Shown here one piece after another: positions 20,612 to 31,800 of a DNA stretch of 64,000 nucleotides. The notes below the pieces were generated by a model that worked only from the letters and a program-made list of their open reading frames with translations, was not told where the DNA came from and did no database searches. Location of the stretch: positions 288,001 through 352,000 of the forward strand of contig CAWGBN010000002.1 of NCBI GenBank assembly GCA_963820825.1, written 5' to 3'. Source of the DNA: Vulcanimicrobiota bacterium. GTDB lineage: Bacteria; Vulcanimicrobiota; Vulcanimicrobiia; Vulcanimicrobiales; Vulcanimicrobiaceae. The number at the start of each line of letters is the position of its first letter. Position 1 is the stretch's first letter. The position numbers and the translations under genes were made by a program.

Positions 20612-21613
20612 CTAGTTGTGACGGCGGCTAAGTGCCACGCTGTACACCGGTGCGCTGGCGTCCACGATCTCCTCCGTCTCGCCGCCCCCTGCCGGGTAGT
20701 TAAAAACCAGTACGTCCCATCTCACGATGTACCGATCGAAATAGTACTCGTTGGTAACGATGGCTTTGCTGCCGGCAATGATGAACTGGGTCGCCTCGTA
20801 GGCGTCGGTCAGCGGCGTCGAACCCGCGTACGTTCCATTTCGTCCGCTGATCGCATAGCGCACGATGTACGGCCTAATCGGCTGCCCGACGGCGAGGTAT
20901 CCTCGGTTCCACTGCAGACCTGCGCTCCAGCTGAGTCCGTACTCAAGGGTTACGGCCTTTAGCGATTTCGCTCGGCGCGGCAGTTTGGCGAGTTCGTAGT
21001 CGTAGCCGTAGCCGTGCGCGGGGATGCCATCGACAAAAAGATCCCCGGCGTTGTCGTAGGTACAGTATGCATAACCGGAGATCTCGCGATCCGTATAGGT
21101 CTTCGGCGTACCGCTTGCTTTACGGTAGACCGCGACATTGGCGCCGCCTCCGCTCACGTCGCCGGCGGTCGTCACGGCGAGATTACCGCTGGCCGGGTCG
21201 ACGGCACACGCGTAAGGACCACTTCCCGGCACCGGCAATGTGCGGATCGGCTGCGTGACGCCGTGCGCGTATTCGACAACAGTGTTCTCTTTGTAGTCGG
21301 TCACGTAAACGTCGCCCTTTTTGTCGGTGCAATCGCCGTACGGCAACGAAAGGCCGGTCAGTTGACCCTCAAGCTGACCCTGCGGGTAGGAGTACACGTC
21401 GATCGTCCCGGCGGTGACATAGAGCAGATCTTTTGTCTTCGCATCGGCGGCCATCCACGACTTGGCGCCATCGTTGCGCGAGGCTCCCGCCGCGGCCGGG
21501 ACGGCGGGACGGCCATCGGGCGCAGCCGGCAGACCGCTGCAGCCCGCGAGGAACGCGACCGCGAGGCACGGGCCGAGCGCCTGACGCGCAGATCGCCGAA
21601 CCACACTCTCCAT
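20612..21613 (-). CDS. Lipoprotein, beta-propeller (SWMxxDA...LLYV family)
   Basis: Lipobox LAGC; G.C.D..G.VYV and CAVDP.SGNLAV blades; similar to 38578..39690. Confidence 0.8.
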   Translation of the reverse strand: MESVVRRSARQALGPCLAVAFLAGCSGLPAAPDGRPAVPAAAGASRNDGAKSWMAADAKTKDLLYVTAGTIDVYSYPQGQLEGQLTGLSLPYGDCTDKKGDVYVTDYKENTVVEYAHGVTQPIRTLPVPGSGPYACAVDPASGNLAVTTAGDVSGGGANVAVYRKASGTPKTYTDREISGYAYCTYDNAGDLFVDGIPAHGYGYDYELAKLPRRAKSLKAVTLEYGLSWSAGLQWNRGYLAVGQPIRPYIVRYAISGRNGTYAGSTPLTDAYEATQFIIAGSKAIVTNEYYFDRYIVRWDVLVFNYPAGGGETEEIVDASAPVYSVALSRRHN

Positions 21614-21653
21614 ACGGCATGAGAATTCGACGAGCAACCGGCACTTCCGGCCG

Positions 21654-22898
21654 CTACAATGCTCCCGTGCCTTTCGGACTGCCGAGTCCGGTGGGGCCAT
21701 CCCACCCGCGACCGGAGATGCAGAGCGGCGCGCCGCAAGCACCGTCGCTGCCGGACGTAACGTCGTTGAGGCTCGCGGTGTGCGCGTACAGGTTTTCCAA
21801 AGGCTTCGTGGCGCTCTCTCCTGCGAGCGCGAAGGCTGCCGCGACGATCGGCGTAGCCACCGACGTGCCGCCGAAGACGAGCCATCCGCTCTGGTGGAAG
21901 GTGTCGTAAGCCGCCACCCCCGTGTGCGGATCCGCGTCGGCCGCGGCATCGGCCTCCGCGCGCATCGAGCACGCAGTCTTCAGGTCGCCTTGGAAGCTGG
22001 GCTTGCCGTAGATCTTGCTGCAGCCGCTCCCCGCACGTAACCATGCGGTCTCCGCGCGCGGGCTAATCGACGTTAAACTCGTTCCGCCGACGCCGACGAC
22101 GCCCGGAAGTGTGGCCGGCCACTGCGCCGTTGCGTTGTGTCCGCCGTCGCCGGTCGCGGCCGTAATCACGGCGCAGCTCGCGTCGAAGTCGTCGTCGTAC
22201 GTTTTCGTTCCCTCGTTCCCGCTCCAACTGTTGCTGACGTAGCCGGCATGGGCGGTTGCGTATCTTTCGGCGGCACCGAGATCGCCGATATTGGCCGACG
22301 CCGCCTCTACCAAGAGAATCTTACAGTTCGGGCAAATTGCCGAGACCATATCGAGGTCGACCGACTCTTCCGCGGCCCATCCGGTATTCGTCTTCGCGGT
22401 ATATGCCTGCTTGGCAAAGCATCCACTGGCGACCGTGCACGCCGGCAGCCCGTACTGGGAGCGGTAGGCGTTGAGATCCGATGCCGCGTTCGGATCGTCG
22501 TAGGCGTCGACGATCGCGACCGTCCGATCGCCGCCGTCGTTCTTGCTGTCGTCCGTTAGCTCGTACGCCGCCTGCAGATCGCCGGGAGCGTAACCGCCCG
22601 GCGTGTTCTCTGCAACGGCTCCGCGAATATCCGTGCGCAGCCAAGCCTGGCAGCGGGCAAAGCCCGCGCCGACGTCGCCGCAGACGCGGACCGACGGACC
22701 TTGGCGTGGCCAGAGTCCTCGCTGCGCGGCCGTCGCACTCAAGGGCAGCGCCGGCTCGCTCTGCTGTATGCTCGAAGAGCGCTGCCCAGCGTGCGAGCGG
22801 CATGATGCACTCGACGTTGCGAGCGGCAGCGAGTTCGATTCGGTGCAGGCCGTCAACGCAGCAATCGCGGCCGTCGCGGCAATGATCGTGAAGCGCAA
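21654..22898 (-). CDS. Lipoprotein S53/S8-family serine peptidase (paralog of 7175..8377)
   Basis: Lipobox LTAC; VAIVDAYD, EESVDLD, GGTSVATP, GPTGLGSP; TTG start inferred. Confidence 0.85.
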   Translation of the reverse strand: MRFTIIAATAAIAALTACTESNSLPLATSSASCRSHAGQRSSSIQQSEPALPLSATAAQRGLWPRQGPSVRVCGDVGAGFARCQAWLRTDIRGAVAENTPGGYAPGDLQAAYELTDDSKNDGGDRTVAIVDAYDDPNAASDLNAYRSQYGLPACTVASGCFAKQAYTAKTNTGWAAEESVDLDMVSAICPNCKILLVEAASANIGDLGAAERYATAHAGYVSNSWSGNEGTKTYDDDFDASCAVITAATGDGGHNATAQWPATLPGVVGVGGTSLTSISPRAETAWLRAGSGCSKIYGKPSFQGDLKTACSMRAEADAAADADPHTGVAAYDTFHQSGWLVFGGTSVATPIVAAAFALAGESATKPLENLYAHTASLNDVTSGSDGACGAPLCISGRGWDGPTGLGSPKGTGAL

Positions 22899-23055
22899 TG
22901 ACTTCGGTTCCTTTCGCAATAGGGTAACGCAACCAGCATGGCACGCGTTCCCTTGCAAAGGCTGAGAAGCCTCAAATCCTATTTATCGCGCCGACGCGAA
23001 ATCGACTCCGCTCAACATTTTGCCGACCTCCGCCCAGGAAGCTGCCCGATTCGCG

Positions 23056-24042
23056 TTAGCGATGCTCCGGCGGGTAATCGCAGTCGGATTTCGCTGCGCA
23101 TTTTGAATCCGACACGCCGGCTCCCGATGGCCGCACGACGACTGCCGTATAGTACGCAAATTGGACTCCGCTCGGCGGCGTTCTCTGATTCGTCCCGAGA
23201 TATGTGTTCGATTGGTTGAAATACGCTCGGTAAAACTTAGCGCAGCAGTTTGCGCAGCAAGGATCGCAGACTTCCGGATTCACTTCATCTCCGCGCGGGT
23301 CGACGATCATTTCGGCAATCTCGTGACTCACCGCCATGGCGTACACGTCGTGTCTATCTGCGAGCGTCAGGTTCGAGCCGTGGGCTCCAAAGACAATATA
23401 TGGCACCTTCGCGGCTGCAGAAAATCCGTGATAGCCGGCGTCCGCACCGATTCCTCCGCCGAAGATGTGCTGCGGGCACGGCACGATCACGCAGGAATCC
23501 TTCGAGAGCCGGTTCGCTTTGACGATCCGGCGTATCCAGCTTTGTAATTCGAGGTCGGAGAAACGCCGCGACGACATTTGCGCCGCGTAGCCGAGCAGCT
23601 TTGACGATATGGAGACCGAGTTCGGGCCGTACTGGCGAATCATTTCGCCGAGCGGGACGATCGCGTGCTTTGCATAGCGCACCATCGTTCGCATATCGGC
23701 GGTCGAAAATGCAAATTCTCCCGTTGGGGTTTGGAAGGTAACGTGCGCAAAATAAATCGTTCCGCTGAACAGCGGCGTCGCCGTCACTCTCGGTCCGCCA
23801 TGAGGCATCGAATTTCGCTTTAGGAATCTTTGAACCGCAGGATGGCGAGCGACCGCCGGTGAGTCGTGACCAAGGCGGTGCAGCCGCTGCAATAGCGCGA
23901 TCGGCACGCCCGTTCCGAAGCCGACGGCATCTCGCTCTTGGCGGAACGCCGCGGGCCCGCTGCGCTGAAGATAGCGCGCGTTTTTGAGCGCTCGAGTGTA
24001 GCAGCGGACGGCTCGCGTCTTCGAGGAACGGCCTAACGGCAA
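23056..24042 (-). CDS. Hypothetical protein with SHEIAE...DP...EVCDPC zincin-like motif
   Basis: GYH, SHEIAEMIVDP, EVCDPC motifs; start codon uncertain. Confidence 0.6.
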   Translation of the reverse strand: MPLGRSSKTRAVRCYTRALKNARYLQRSGPAAFRQERDAVGFGTGVPIALLQRLHRLGHDSPAVARHPAVQRFLKRNSMPHGGPRVTATPLFSGTIYFAHVTFQTPTGEFAFSTADMRTMVRYAKHAIVPLGEMIRQYGPNSVSISSKLLGYAAQMSSRRFSDLELQSWIRRIVKANRLSKDSCVIVPCPQHIFGGGIGADAGYHGFSAAAKVPYIVFGAHGSNLTLADRHDVYAMAVSHEIAEMIVDPRGDEVNPEVCDPCCANCCAKFYRAYFNQSNTYLGTNQRTPPSGVQFAYYTAVVVRPSGAGVSDSKCAAKSDCDYPPEHR

Positions 24043-24464
24043 TACTTGTTCGAGACCTTCAAGAAGAAGTACCCCACTTGCTTGCCGTGCGCGTTGGTTG
24101 CGTCGAATTCGACGTCGGCGCGACCGCAGGACGGGCCCGAGGTTATCAGCCACTCCGTTTGGCTGCTGCCGACGCGCTCTGCGTTATAGCAGATCTTCCC
24201 GTTAAAACAGCTCGCGATATGGCCCAAGTAGGAGCCTACCACGTGCGGGCCGCTGACCGTTACCACGATCCCCGCTTTGGTATGGCGCGTTAGGTGAACG
24301 GGGCACGGCTTGACGTTAATGTGCACGCCGCCGCAGTCTTTGTCGGGCGAAACGGCCGGCACGGCCGCGGCGCCACCTTGGAACGCCGGCACTCCGGATG
24401 CCGTACACGCGCCGAGCATCGAAGCGGACGCGACGATCGCCAAAATGTGAAGACGTCGAAACAT
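24033..24464 (-). CDS. Small Cys-rich lipoprotein
   Basis: RBS GGGGAG, lipobox LGAC. Confidence 0.7.
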   Translation of the reverse strand: MFRRLHILAIVASASMLGACTASGVPAFQGGAAAVPAVSPDKDCGGVHINVKPCPVHLTRHTKAGIVVTVSGPHVVGSYLGHIASCFNGKICYNAERVGSSQTEWLITSGPSCGRADVEFDATNAHGKQVGYFFLKVSNKYCR

Positions 24465-24552
24465 TGGGAACTCCCCTCGAAACAGCAGCTCTTGCCTTAT
24501 CTACTCCCTCAATAGTCAAGAAACCCTGAAAAAACGGCTCAGGGCCGCTCTT

Positions 24553-25197
24553 TCAGCACTTCGTTTTGACGAGCTTGCCTCGATAGATCATGATGACCGC
24601 GTCGTTGTAGCTGGCAAAGTCGCCGCCCTTGAGCGGAAAACCGAGGCCTCCCAGCATCGGGCCGTACTTACCGGGCATCGTGGTGACATAGCAGTACGGC
24701 AGCACCTGCCAGAGGCTGCCGACGTCCTTGGCGGCTTCAATCGTGTACGTCGTCTTCGGCTTGAGCCCGGGGCCGCCCAGCGTTAATCCGGCCGCCAACT
24801 TTGTGCCGAACTTAATAAAGCCGCTGAATTTCAGCTGGAGGTAGAATAACGCATCGGTGCTGGGCGGAAACCCGCCCGGGTCGTAGGCAGTCGTGCTGCT
24901 GATGACGGTCATGGACACCCCAGGTCCGGTGAAGCTTGGGTATATTACCTTCCCGCCCCAGTTCTTGAACTTTGGAACGCAGACACTTCCGCCTTTGACG
25001 CTGAGCTTCTGCGGTTTCGACTGCGCGTAATCTTTGGTGTTCTTCTGCCCCTTGCAAGAGGGTATCGCGGCCGCATCACTGATGCGGTCGACGGCGGGTC
25101 CGATGCTTTGACCCGGGAGCATTTCCGAGCGGCCACTGCAACCCCCGAGCAGCGCGGCGGCAGCGGCAATGGCGACAGCATAACGTAGAGGAGTCAT
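24553..25197 (-). CDS. Hypothetical lipoprotein
   Basis: RBS AGGAGG, lipobox LGGC. Confidence 0.75.
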   Translation of the reverse strand: MTPLRYAVAIAAAAALLGGCSGRSEMLPGQSIGPAVDRISDAAAIPSCKGQKNTKDYAQSKPQKLSVKGGSVCVPKFKNWGGKVIYPSFTGPGVSMTVISSTTAYDPGGFPPSTDALFYLQLKFSGFIKFGTKLAAGLTLGGPGLKPKTTYTIEAAKDVGSLWQVLPYCYVTTMPGKYGPMLGGLGFPLKGGDFASYNDAVIMIYRGKLVKTKC

Positions 25198-25347
25198 GAC
25201 AACCTCCTAACGGCGCAATGATACCACACGTCCGTTGAGCCAACAAATCTTTCATCAAATTCGAAAACGGTTCCGCAGCCGGCGGGCCCGCCTCGGGATA
25301 TGAACCGTCGCGAGGAAGATTCATCCATGATGGCGCCGCAGCGCGTA

Positions 25348-25388
25348 CGGCGGAACGGACACTTGGACGACCGACTTGGACAAGTGGA
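25348..25388 (-). promoter_or_regulatory. 41-bp upstream element, copy 1 (ACTTGGAC direct repeat and ACTTG-GA-CAAGT palindrome)
   Basis: 39/41 identical to 29166..29206; both lie upstream of minus-strand lipoprotein genes. Confidence 0.6.
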
Positions 25389-25403
25389 TCACGGTTTATG
25401 CTT

Positions 25404-27701
25404 TCACAACGACACCGTATAGACGGTTCCACCGCCGTACGTGCCCCCTTGCGTCGTGGTGCCGTATAGGAGGCCGTTGATGTTGACAAGTCCGGCTCTC
25501 GGTCGTGCGCCGTCATAGCCGTTTCCGAAGTCCCAGAGGACGGTCAACGTGCCGTCGTGCGTGATCGAATAGAGCGTCCCTTGCCCGAAGGTGCCGCCGC
25601 TGGAGGTCGTCCCGTAGAGCGTGCCGTTTACATTGACGAGTCCGCCGTACGGATCGGTGCCGTCGCCCGAGCCGCCGCCGAAGCTGTGGAGGACGGTTTC
25701 CATTCCGTAGGGCGTGATCGAGTAGATCGTTCCGCGACCGTACGCACCGCCGTTAAGGGTCGTTCCATACATCGTGCCGTTGAGGTTGACGAGTTGCCCA
25801 TACTGCGGGTTGGTGCCATCCCCCGAGCCGCCGCCGAAGCTGTGGAGCACAGTCTCTTTGCCCGTTTTCGAAGCGATCGCGAAGACGGTTCCGTTGCCGT
25901 ACGCTCCGCCTGAAGTGGTCGTACCGTAAACCGTGCCGCCGACGTCGAGCAGCGGAGCGTGCGGAGCCGTACCGTCCGCGGAGCTGCCGCCGAAATTGTG
26001 GAGCACCGTCTCCCCTCCCGACGTCTTGACCGAGAAGGCCGTCCCAGCGTTATATACGCCACCTGACGTGGTCGTGCCGTAGAGCTTGCGCCCGACTCTA
26101 ACGAGGCCGCTAATCGGGTTCTGGCCGTCCGAGCCGGTGTAGAAACTCTTCAGCACGCTTTCCGTTCCGAAGCCGGTGATCGAGTAGATCGATCCGGCGT
26201 TGTAGGCGCCACCGGATGGAGTCGTGCCGTAGAGCGTGCCGTTACGATTGACTAGGCCGGCATATGGGTTTGCGCCATCCGGACTACCGGTGAAGCTGTG
26301 TAGTACGGTCTCCGCGCCGTAAGAAGGTGCGATCGAGTAGATCGTTCCCGCGTTGGACGCGCCCCCATTGACCGTCGTGCCGTACAGCGTACCGCTGACG
26401 TTGAGTAACGGAGCCATAGGATCTGTGCCATCACCCGAGCCGCCGCCAAAGTTGTGGATCACGCTCTCCGAAATGGGAATCGGGAGCGCAAAAACGGTGC
26501 CTACATTATTCGCGCCGCCCTCGGACGTCGTTCCATAGAGTGTACCGCTGAATGCATGGAGCTGCGCTGTGGGTTCGTAGGCGTCGGAGCCAAAACTATA
26601 AAGCACAGTTTCCGCGCCGCTCGGCGTGACGCTGAAAACGGTTCCATCGTAACCGCCGCCGTAGATCGTCGTGCCATAGAGCGTTCCCCCGAACGCAAGC
26701 AGTGCTGCCACGGGATTTGCGCCGTCCCCTGAGCCGCCGATGAAGCTGTGCAGCACGGTTTCCGCGCCGCTCGTAGTAATGCTGAAAACGGTTCCGCAAC
26801 CGGTGCTGTCGTTGCAGTCAGATCCACTGCCTCCATATTCGGTCGTGCCGTACAGCACGCCGTCGAGATCAGCGAGGCCCGCCATAGGGTTTTCGCCGTC
26901 GCCCGGGCCGAAGTCGTGCAGGACCCTTTCTGTGCCGCTGGTTGTAATACTGAAAACCGTTCCGCAGCCAGAGCCGAACAAGCATGCAGAGCTCCCGCCG
27001 CCGGCAGTCGTGCCGTAAAGCACGCCGTTCAAGGCAACCAAGCCCGCGCGAGGATCGGAACCGTCGCCAGAGGCACCAAAGCTATGCAGCACCGTTTCAC
27101 TCCCGCTCGGAGTGATGCTGAAAACGGTTCCTTTATTGTGTGTTCCCCCTCCAGCGGTCGTGCCGTAGAGCACGCCGTTCAGCTCAACAAACCCCGCTTG
27201 GGGCGTGTTTCCGTCGCCGGAACCACCAAAGGTGTGCAGCACCGTTTCGATGCCGCCGGACGTTACACTGAAGACGGTTCCAGCGTAATTCGACCCGCCG
27301 TCTTCGGTCGTGCCGTAGAGCGCTCCATTGAGGGGAGTCACTTTGGCCTTGGGGTGAGCACCGTCACTGCCATTCTCGAAGCTGTGCAACACCGCTTCGC
27401 TACCGCCCGTGGTGATGCTAAAGACGGTGCCGGCGCCGCCGGCGCCGCCGTAATAGGTGGTGCCATAGAGCAGGCCGTCGAGAACAACCAGTCCTGCCAA
27501 GGGACCCGCGCCATCCGCGCCGCTGAAGCTATGCAGGATCCGAAAGCCTCCGCTGCTTGTGCCGTGCCGAACGTTCGCGCTATGACGAACGTTCGCACCG
27601 TGCATTGCCGCTGAGGGAAGGACGCCATTGCTGCCGCTGCACGCGGCTAGAAATGCCGCGCTGACGCACGCGCTGACCAACTTTTCTAAGCGCTTACTCA
27701 C
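25404..27701 (-). CDS. Tandem-repeat (GloVer-type, uncharacterised) lipoprotein, 765 aa
   Basis: Lipobox LAAC; about 14 repeats of LHSF..DG..P...L...G.LYGTT..GG...GTVFSI. Confidence 0.9.
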   Translation of the reverse strand: MSKRLEKLVSACVSAAFLAACSGSNGVLPSAAMHGANVRHSANVRHGTSSGGFRILHSFSGADGAGPLAGLVVLDGLLYGTTYYGGAGGAGTVFSITTGGSEAVLHSFENGSDGAHPKAKVTPLNGALYGTTEDGGSNYAGTVFSVTSGGIETVLHTFGGSGDGNTPQAGFVELNGVLYGTTAGGGTHNKGTVFSITPSGSETVLHSFGASGDGSDPRAGLVALNGVLYGTTAGGGSSACLFGSGCGTVFSITTSGTERVLHDFGPGDGENPMAGLADLDGVLYGTTEYGGSGSDCNDSTGCGTVFSITTSGAETVLHSFIGGSGDGANPVAALLAFGGTLYGTTIYGGGYDGTVFSVTPSGAETVLYSFGSDAYEPTAQLHAFSGTLYGTTSEGGANNVGTVFALPIPISESVIHNFGGGSGDGTDPMAPLLNVSGTLYGTTVNGGASNAGTIYSIAPSYGAETVLHSFTGSPDGANPYAGLVNRNGTLYGTTPSGGAYNAGSIYSITGFGTESVLKSFYTGSDGQNPISGLVRVGRKLYGTTTSGGVYNAGTAFSVKTSGGETVLHNFGGSSADGTAPHAPLLDVGGTVYGTTTSGGAYGNGTVFAIASKTGKETVLHSFGGGSGDGTNPQYGQLVNLNGTMYGTTLNGGAYGRGTIYSITPYGMETVLHSFGGGSGDGTDPYGGLVNVNGTLYGTTSSGGTFGQGTLYSITHDGTLTVLWDFGNGYDGARPRAGLVNINGLLYGTTTQGGTYGGGTVYTVSL

Positions 27702-27791
27702 CGATCTAACCCGCTTTCTAAAAAGCGACGCGAGAGCGCGCGATGCCGATCGGAGCGGCGCATGCCATGATCATCCTGTTCGTCGCGCGGC

Positions 27792-29088
27792 TCACAACGA
27801 GTACAACTTGAAGAGCGTTCCATAATAATAGCCGTTACCGACCTGCGGGCCGCCTCCATTGGTACTGCCGTAGAGCGTGCCCCCGAGCATGGTGAGGGGC
27901 GCCTGCGAATCTCCGCCGCCCGGTGTGCCGCCGAAGGCCCAAAGAGGGGTTACCGCGCCTGAGGGCGTCATCGAGAACACCGTTCCGTCGTCGTACACGC
28001 CGCCGCCGCCAGTCGTGCCGTAGAACAAGCCCTTGCCGGAAACGAAGATGAGACCTGCGCCACGGATTGAAGCCGCTATAGCTACCATCGGAAAAGGTGT
28101 CGAAGTGGTAGACGACGGCCTCCGCGCCGGAGGGCATGACCGAGTAGACCGTACCGCAGCCGCCACGACATTGATTGTTATAAGCGTTGCCACCGCCCTG
28201 AACAGTCGTGCCGTAGAACGTGCCATTGACGTTCACGAGCCTTCCTCCATTCGGCGTGCCGCCGTCGTAAGGATAGCCGGCGAAGCTGTGGAGCACCGTC
28301 TCCGTACCGGTCGCCCTAGAGACCGCGAAGACCGTTCCCTCGTTGTTCGCGCCCCCGTACTCGGTCGTCCCGTAGAGCGTGGGGCCGACGTGGAGCAGCG
28401 GAGATATCGGGTGTGTGCCGTCCCCGAGACGCCGAAGCTGTAGAGGACGACCTCCGCGCCGGAAGGCGTCATCGAGAAGACCGTTCCCCCGTCGTACACG
28501 CCCCCATTCTCGGTCGTGCCATAGAGCTTGCCCCCGACATAGGTGAGGCCGGCATATGGGTTTTGGCCGTCCGAGCCGGGGTAGAAACTGTGAAGCACGC
28601 TTTCGGTTCCGGAGGTTGTGATCGAGTAGACTGTCCCGGCGTTGTACGCGCCTCCATCGTTGGTCGTGCCGTAGAGCGTGCCGTTGGCGTTGACGAGGCC
28701 GTCAGACGGATTGTAACCGTCATAAGGGCCGCCGAAGCTGTAAAGCAGGCTATAGCGCCGGAAGGCGCCATGGAGTAGACCGTTCCGATGCGGTTGGCAC
28801 CGCCGTGGTTGGTGATGCCGTACAGCGTGCCGCCGACGTTGACGAGCGGCCCTGGGGATAGGCGCCGTCTCCAGGAGCGCCGCCGAAGTCGTGGAGATAG
28901 GTCAAGGTCTCGCTGGCCTTTTTGACTCGGTGCCCCGCGTGGTCGCCAAAGGCGGCCCGCGTGCGGACTGATTGCGTCCCGACCTGCGATCCGACCGAGG
29001 TAGGCGTTGACGTAGAAAAACCGTTGCCGCACGCGGCTAAGAGCGCTGTGCTAAGGCACGCGCCGACGAACCCGTATGATCGTTTCAT
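27792..29088 (-). pseudogene. GloVer-type repeat lipoprotein split by several frameshifts
   Basis: Lipobox LAAC at 29088; the same repeat continues across overlapping ORF fragments 28750, 28469, 28233, 27835, 27792. Confidence 0.75.
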
Positions 29089-29165
29089 TTACCCTCCCCG
29101 CAACGGACGGTGGATGATGCCACCACAATTGGAACATTCCATCCATAATGACGCTGCGTCGCCAT

Positions 29166-29206
29166 CGGCGGAACGGACACTTGGACAACTGACTTGGACA
29201 AGTGGA
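29166..29206 (-). promoter_or_regulatory. 41-bp upstream element, copy 2
   Basis: cggcggaacggacacttggacaactgacttggacaagtgga; see 25348..25388. Confidence 0.6.
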
Positions 29207-29238
29207 AGCCTTGCCGCCGCGGAGAGCCGCCGGCCGGC

Positions 29239-31747
29239 CTATTCGATCAGCAGCGCCTCAGAGGAAGCGTGAGCCTCGGACCAGGTGCTTCCTTCGGAGA
29301 TCAAAGCATCCGTCTCCGCACCGAGCGCGTCGCGGGCGGCCGCTACGATCTGCTCGTGTTCGCTTCGCTCGGTGAAATCGCGATGCAGCCCGAACTCCGC
29401 GACGCGAGCGTCGACGAAGCCGAGCAAACGGGCAGCGCGTCGCCGCTGTTCGCCCGCGAGCGCGGTGTCGGAAATGGGCCGTAGCGCCGCGACCGCGGCG
29501 AGATGTTGGATCGCCCACACGACCGCGCTGGTCATGCCGCGTTCGCGCGCGAGAGCGAGCGCTTCGCGCGCGTTCAACACGCTCGCGTCCCAGCGGCAGA
29601 GCGCGACTTCGTACGCGGCAAGGTTGCACAGATCGTAGGCTACGGCGTCGGGGTCGTTCAACGCGCCGTCGGCCTCGAGCGCTTCGTTCGCCAGGCGTAA
29701 CGCCTCGACCGCGTTTCCACTCTTGAACTCGAGTTCGGCCAGGTTCAGCGCCACGTGCGCGGCGGGCCGCGAGGCGCCGAGCGCTTTGAAGAGCGTCAGG
29801 GCTTCGGCGAAGAGGCGCCGCGCCGAGTCGGCATCTCCGCTTCCAAGTTCCAACGCGGCGAGGTAGAGTAGGGCGGCTCCGACCGCGCGACGCGCGCCTA
29901 ATGCACGGCATTCGTCCAGCGCCGCACGTAAGTCCGATTCCGCTGCCTTCGTCTCTCCCAACATCCCTCGAGCGGCGCCGGCGAACAAACGCGCCAGCGC
30001 GCTCCCCCGCGGTTCGCCCAGCTCGGAGAAGTCGGCCAAAGCTCGCTGTGCCGACGCTGCGGCATTCCCATACTGCTGCGCGAGCATCGCAAGGTGTGCC
30101 GCCGATAAGTCGAGCCACGCTCTAATGCGATCCGGTCGCGATCCGTCGCACACGTCGAGCCCGGCGCGTACCCAAGTGAGGCCCTCTGACGGCGCCAACG
30201 TGAACCAAACGGCGCGCAGCGCGACGACCAGTCGCAGGCCGATGCTGAGGTCGCCCTCGGGGGCGAAGGCCCATCTCAAGGCGGTGCGCCAATTTTCCAA
30301 CTCCGGCTCGGCGGCCGCCTTCCATGGAAGGTCCGGCGTCGCGTCCCACTGCGCTTCCAGTCGCTCGGCCAACGCGAGGTATGCCTGCGCGTGCGCCAAT
30401 GCTGCTGCGCCGAGCTCGCCGTGCGCGATGAGCTGCTCGTGCGCGTATGCGCGCATCGATTCGAGCAAGCGAAACCGCGTTGCGCCGCCGATACTCTCCG
30501 TATGCACGAGCGATTTCTCGACGAGCGATGCCAGGAGATCGAAGGACGCTTCACTCGCATTCTCGCCGGTTACGGCTGCTACGGAGTCGAGCGAGAAGTC
30601 GCCTGAGAAAACGCCCAACGTCCGAAGGAGTTTGCATTCACTCTCCGACAGCAGGTCGTAACTCCAATCGATCAATGCACGCAACGTCTGTTGGCGAGGA
30701 ATCGATCTGCGCCGGCCGCTGGTCAGTACGCTGAAGCGTTGGTCGAGTCTCTCGGCGATCTCTGTTGTCGAAAGCACGCTCGTACGAGCGGCGGCGAGCT
30801 CGATCGCCAACGGTATACCGTCGAGCCGCGTGCAGATCTCGCCCACGACCGGAGCAATCTCGTCTGTTAAGCTGAAGGCGGCGTGCGCAGCCTCTGCGCG
30901 CTCGGCGAAGAGTTCGACGGCACCGTAACGCCGCGCTTCCGCTGCGCTCAGCGTCTTCGTGGGCGGCACCGCCAGTGCCGGCACACGATAGACATGCTCT
31001 GCGGTAATGTCCAAGGGCTCGCGACTGGTCGCGAGAATTCGAATATTTGGAGCGCGATGTAGAATCGCATCGACGACGCGTGCCGCTTCCTCGATCAGGT
31101 GCTCGCAGTTGTCGACGATGAGCACCAGACGGCGGGGTTGCAGATACTCCAAGACGACGTCGAGCAGCGGACGTCCCTCATGCTCTGCGAGGCCGAAGGT
31201 TGACGCGATCGCCTGGACGGGTGAAGCGGCTTCGTTAAACGTCGCCAGCTCGACGAGCCAGACGCCGTCGCCGGAGTCTTCGAGTAAGGCCTCACCGACG
31301 TCTAGCGCGAGTCGCGTCTTTCCGATGCCGCCGGCGCCGACCAGCGTCGTCAGGGGGTGTGCATATACCAGCGGCGTGATCTGGGCAAGTTCGATCTCGC
31401 GGCCGATCAAGGGAGTCACTTGCCGAGGCAGATTGTTTAGAATGAGCTCGCGCCGACGCGCCGGTCCACGGCCCAACCGTTACCGCTTCCACGCGCGCGG
31501 GCGCCGAGCGCGCCGCGGCCTCGAACTGCGCGCGTTGGTCGGCGTCGAGCGCCAGCGCGTCAGCCAAGAGCGCGATCGTCTTAGATTGGGGCTTGCGCCG
31601 GTGCCCGCGTTCTAGGGCGCTGATCGCGAATGCGCTCATTCGGGCGCGTTCAGCCAAGGCTTCTTGCGATAGTCCGGCGGCAAGCCGATAGTGCCGCAAA
31701 AGCTTCCCGAAGTCCGGGGAAAGGGGCAAGCGTTCGGCGTCCTGCAT
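29239..31747 (-). CDS. XRE-HTH + NB-ARC/STAND ATPase + TPR regulator (one frameshift near 31450)
   Basis: FGKLLRHYRLAAGLSQEALAERA HTH; NNLPRQVT, GAGGIGKT, VDNCEH, ATSRE, LDGIPLAIELAA. Confidence 0.85.
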
Positions 31748-31800
31748 TCCCGCAGCAACCTTCGCCGCGACTCGATTAGCTCCCGTAGGCCCTTCGGCGG

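Noticed and set aside
25404..29088. Diversity-generating retroelement acting on the repeat proteins
   Set aside because: No reverse transcriptase and no template/variable repeat pair with adenine-specific differences was seen.
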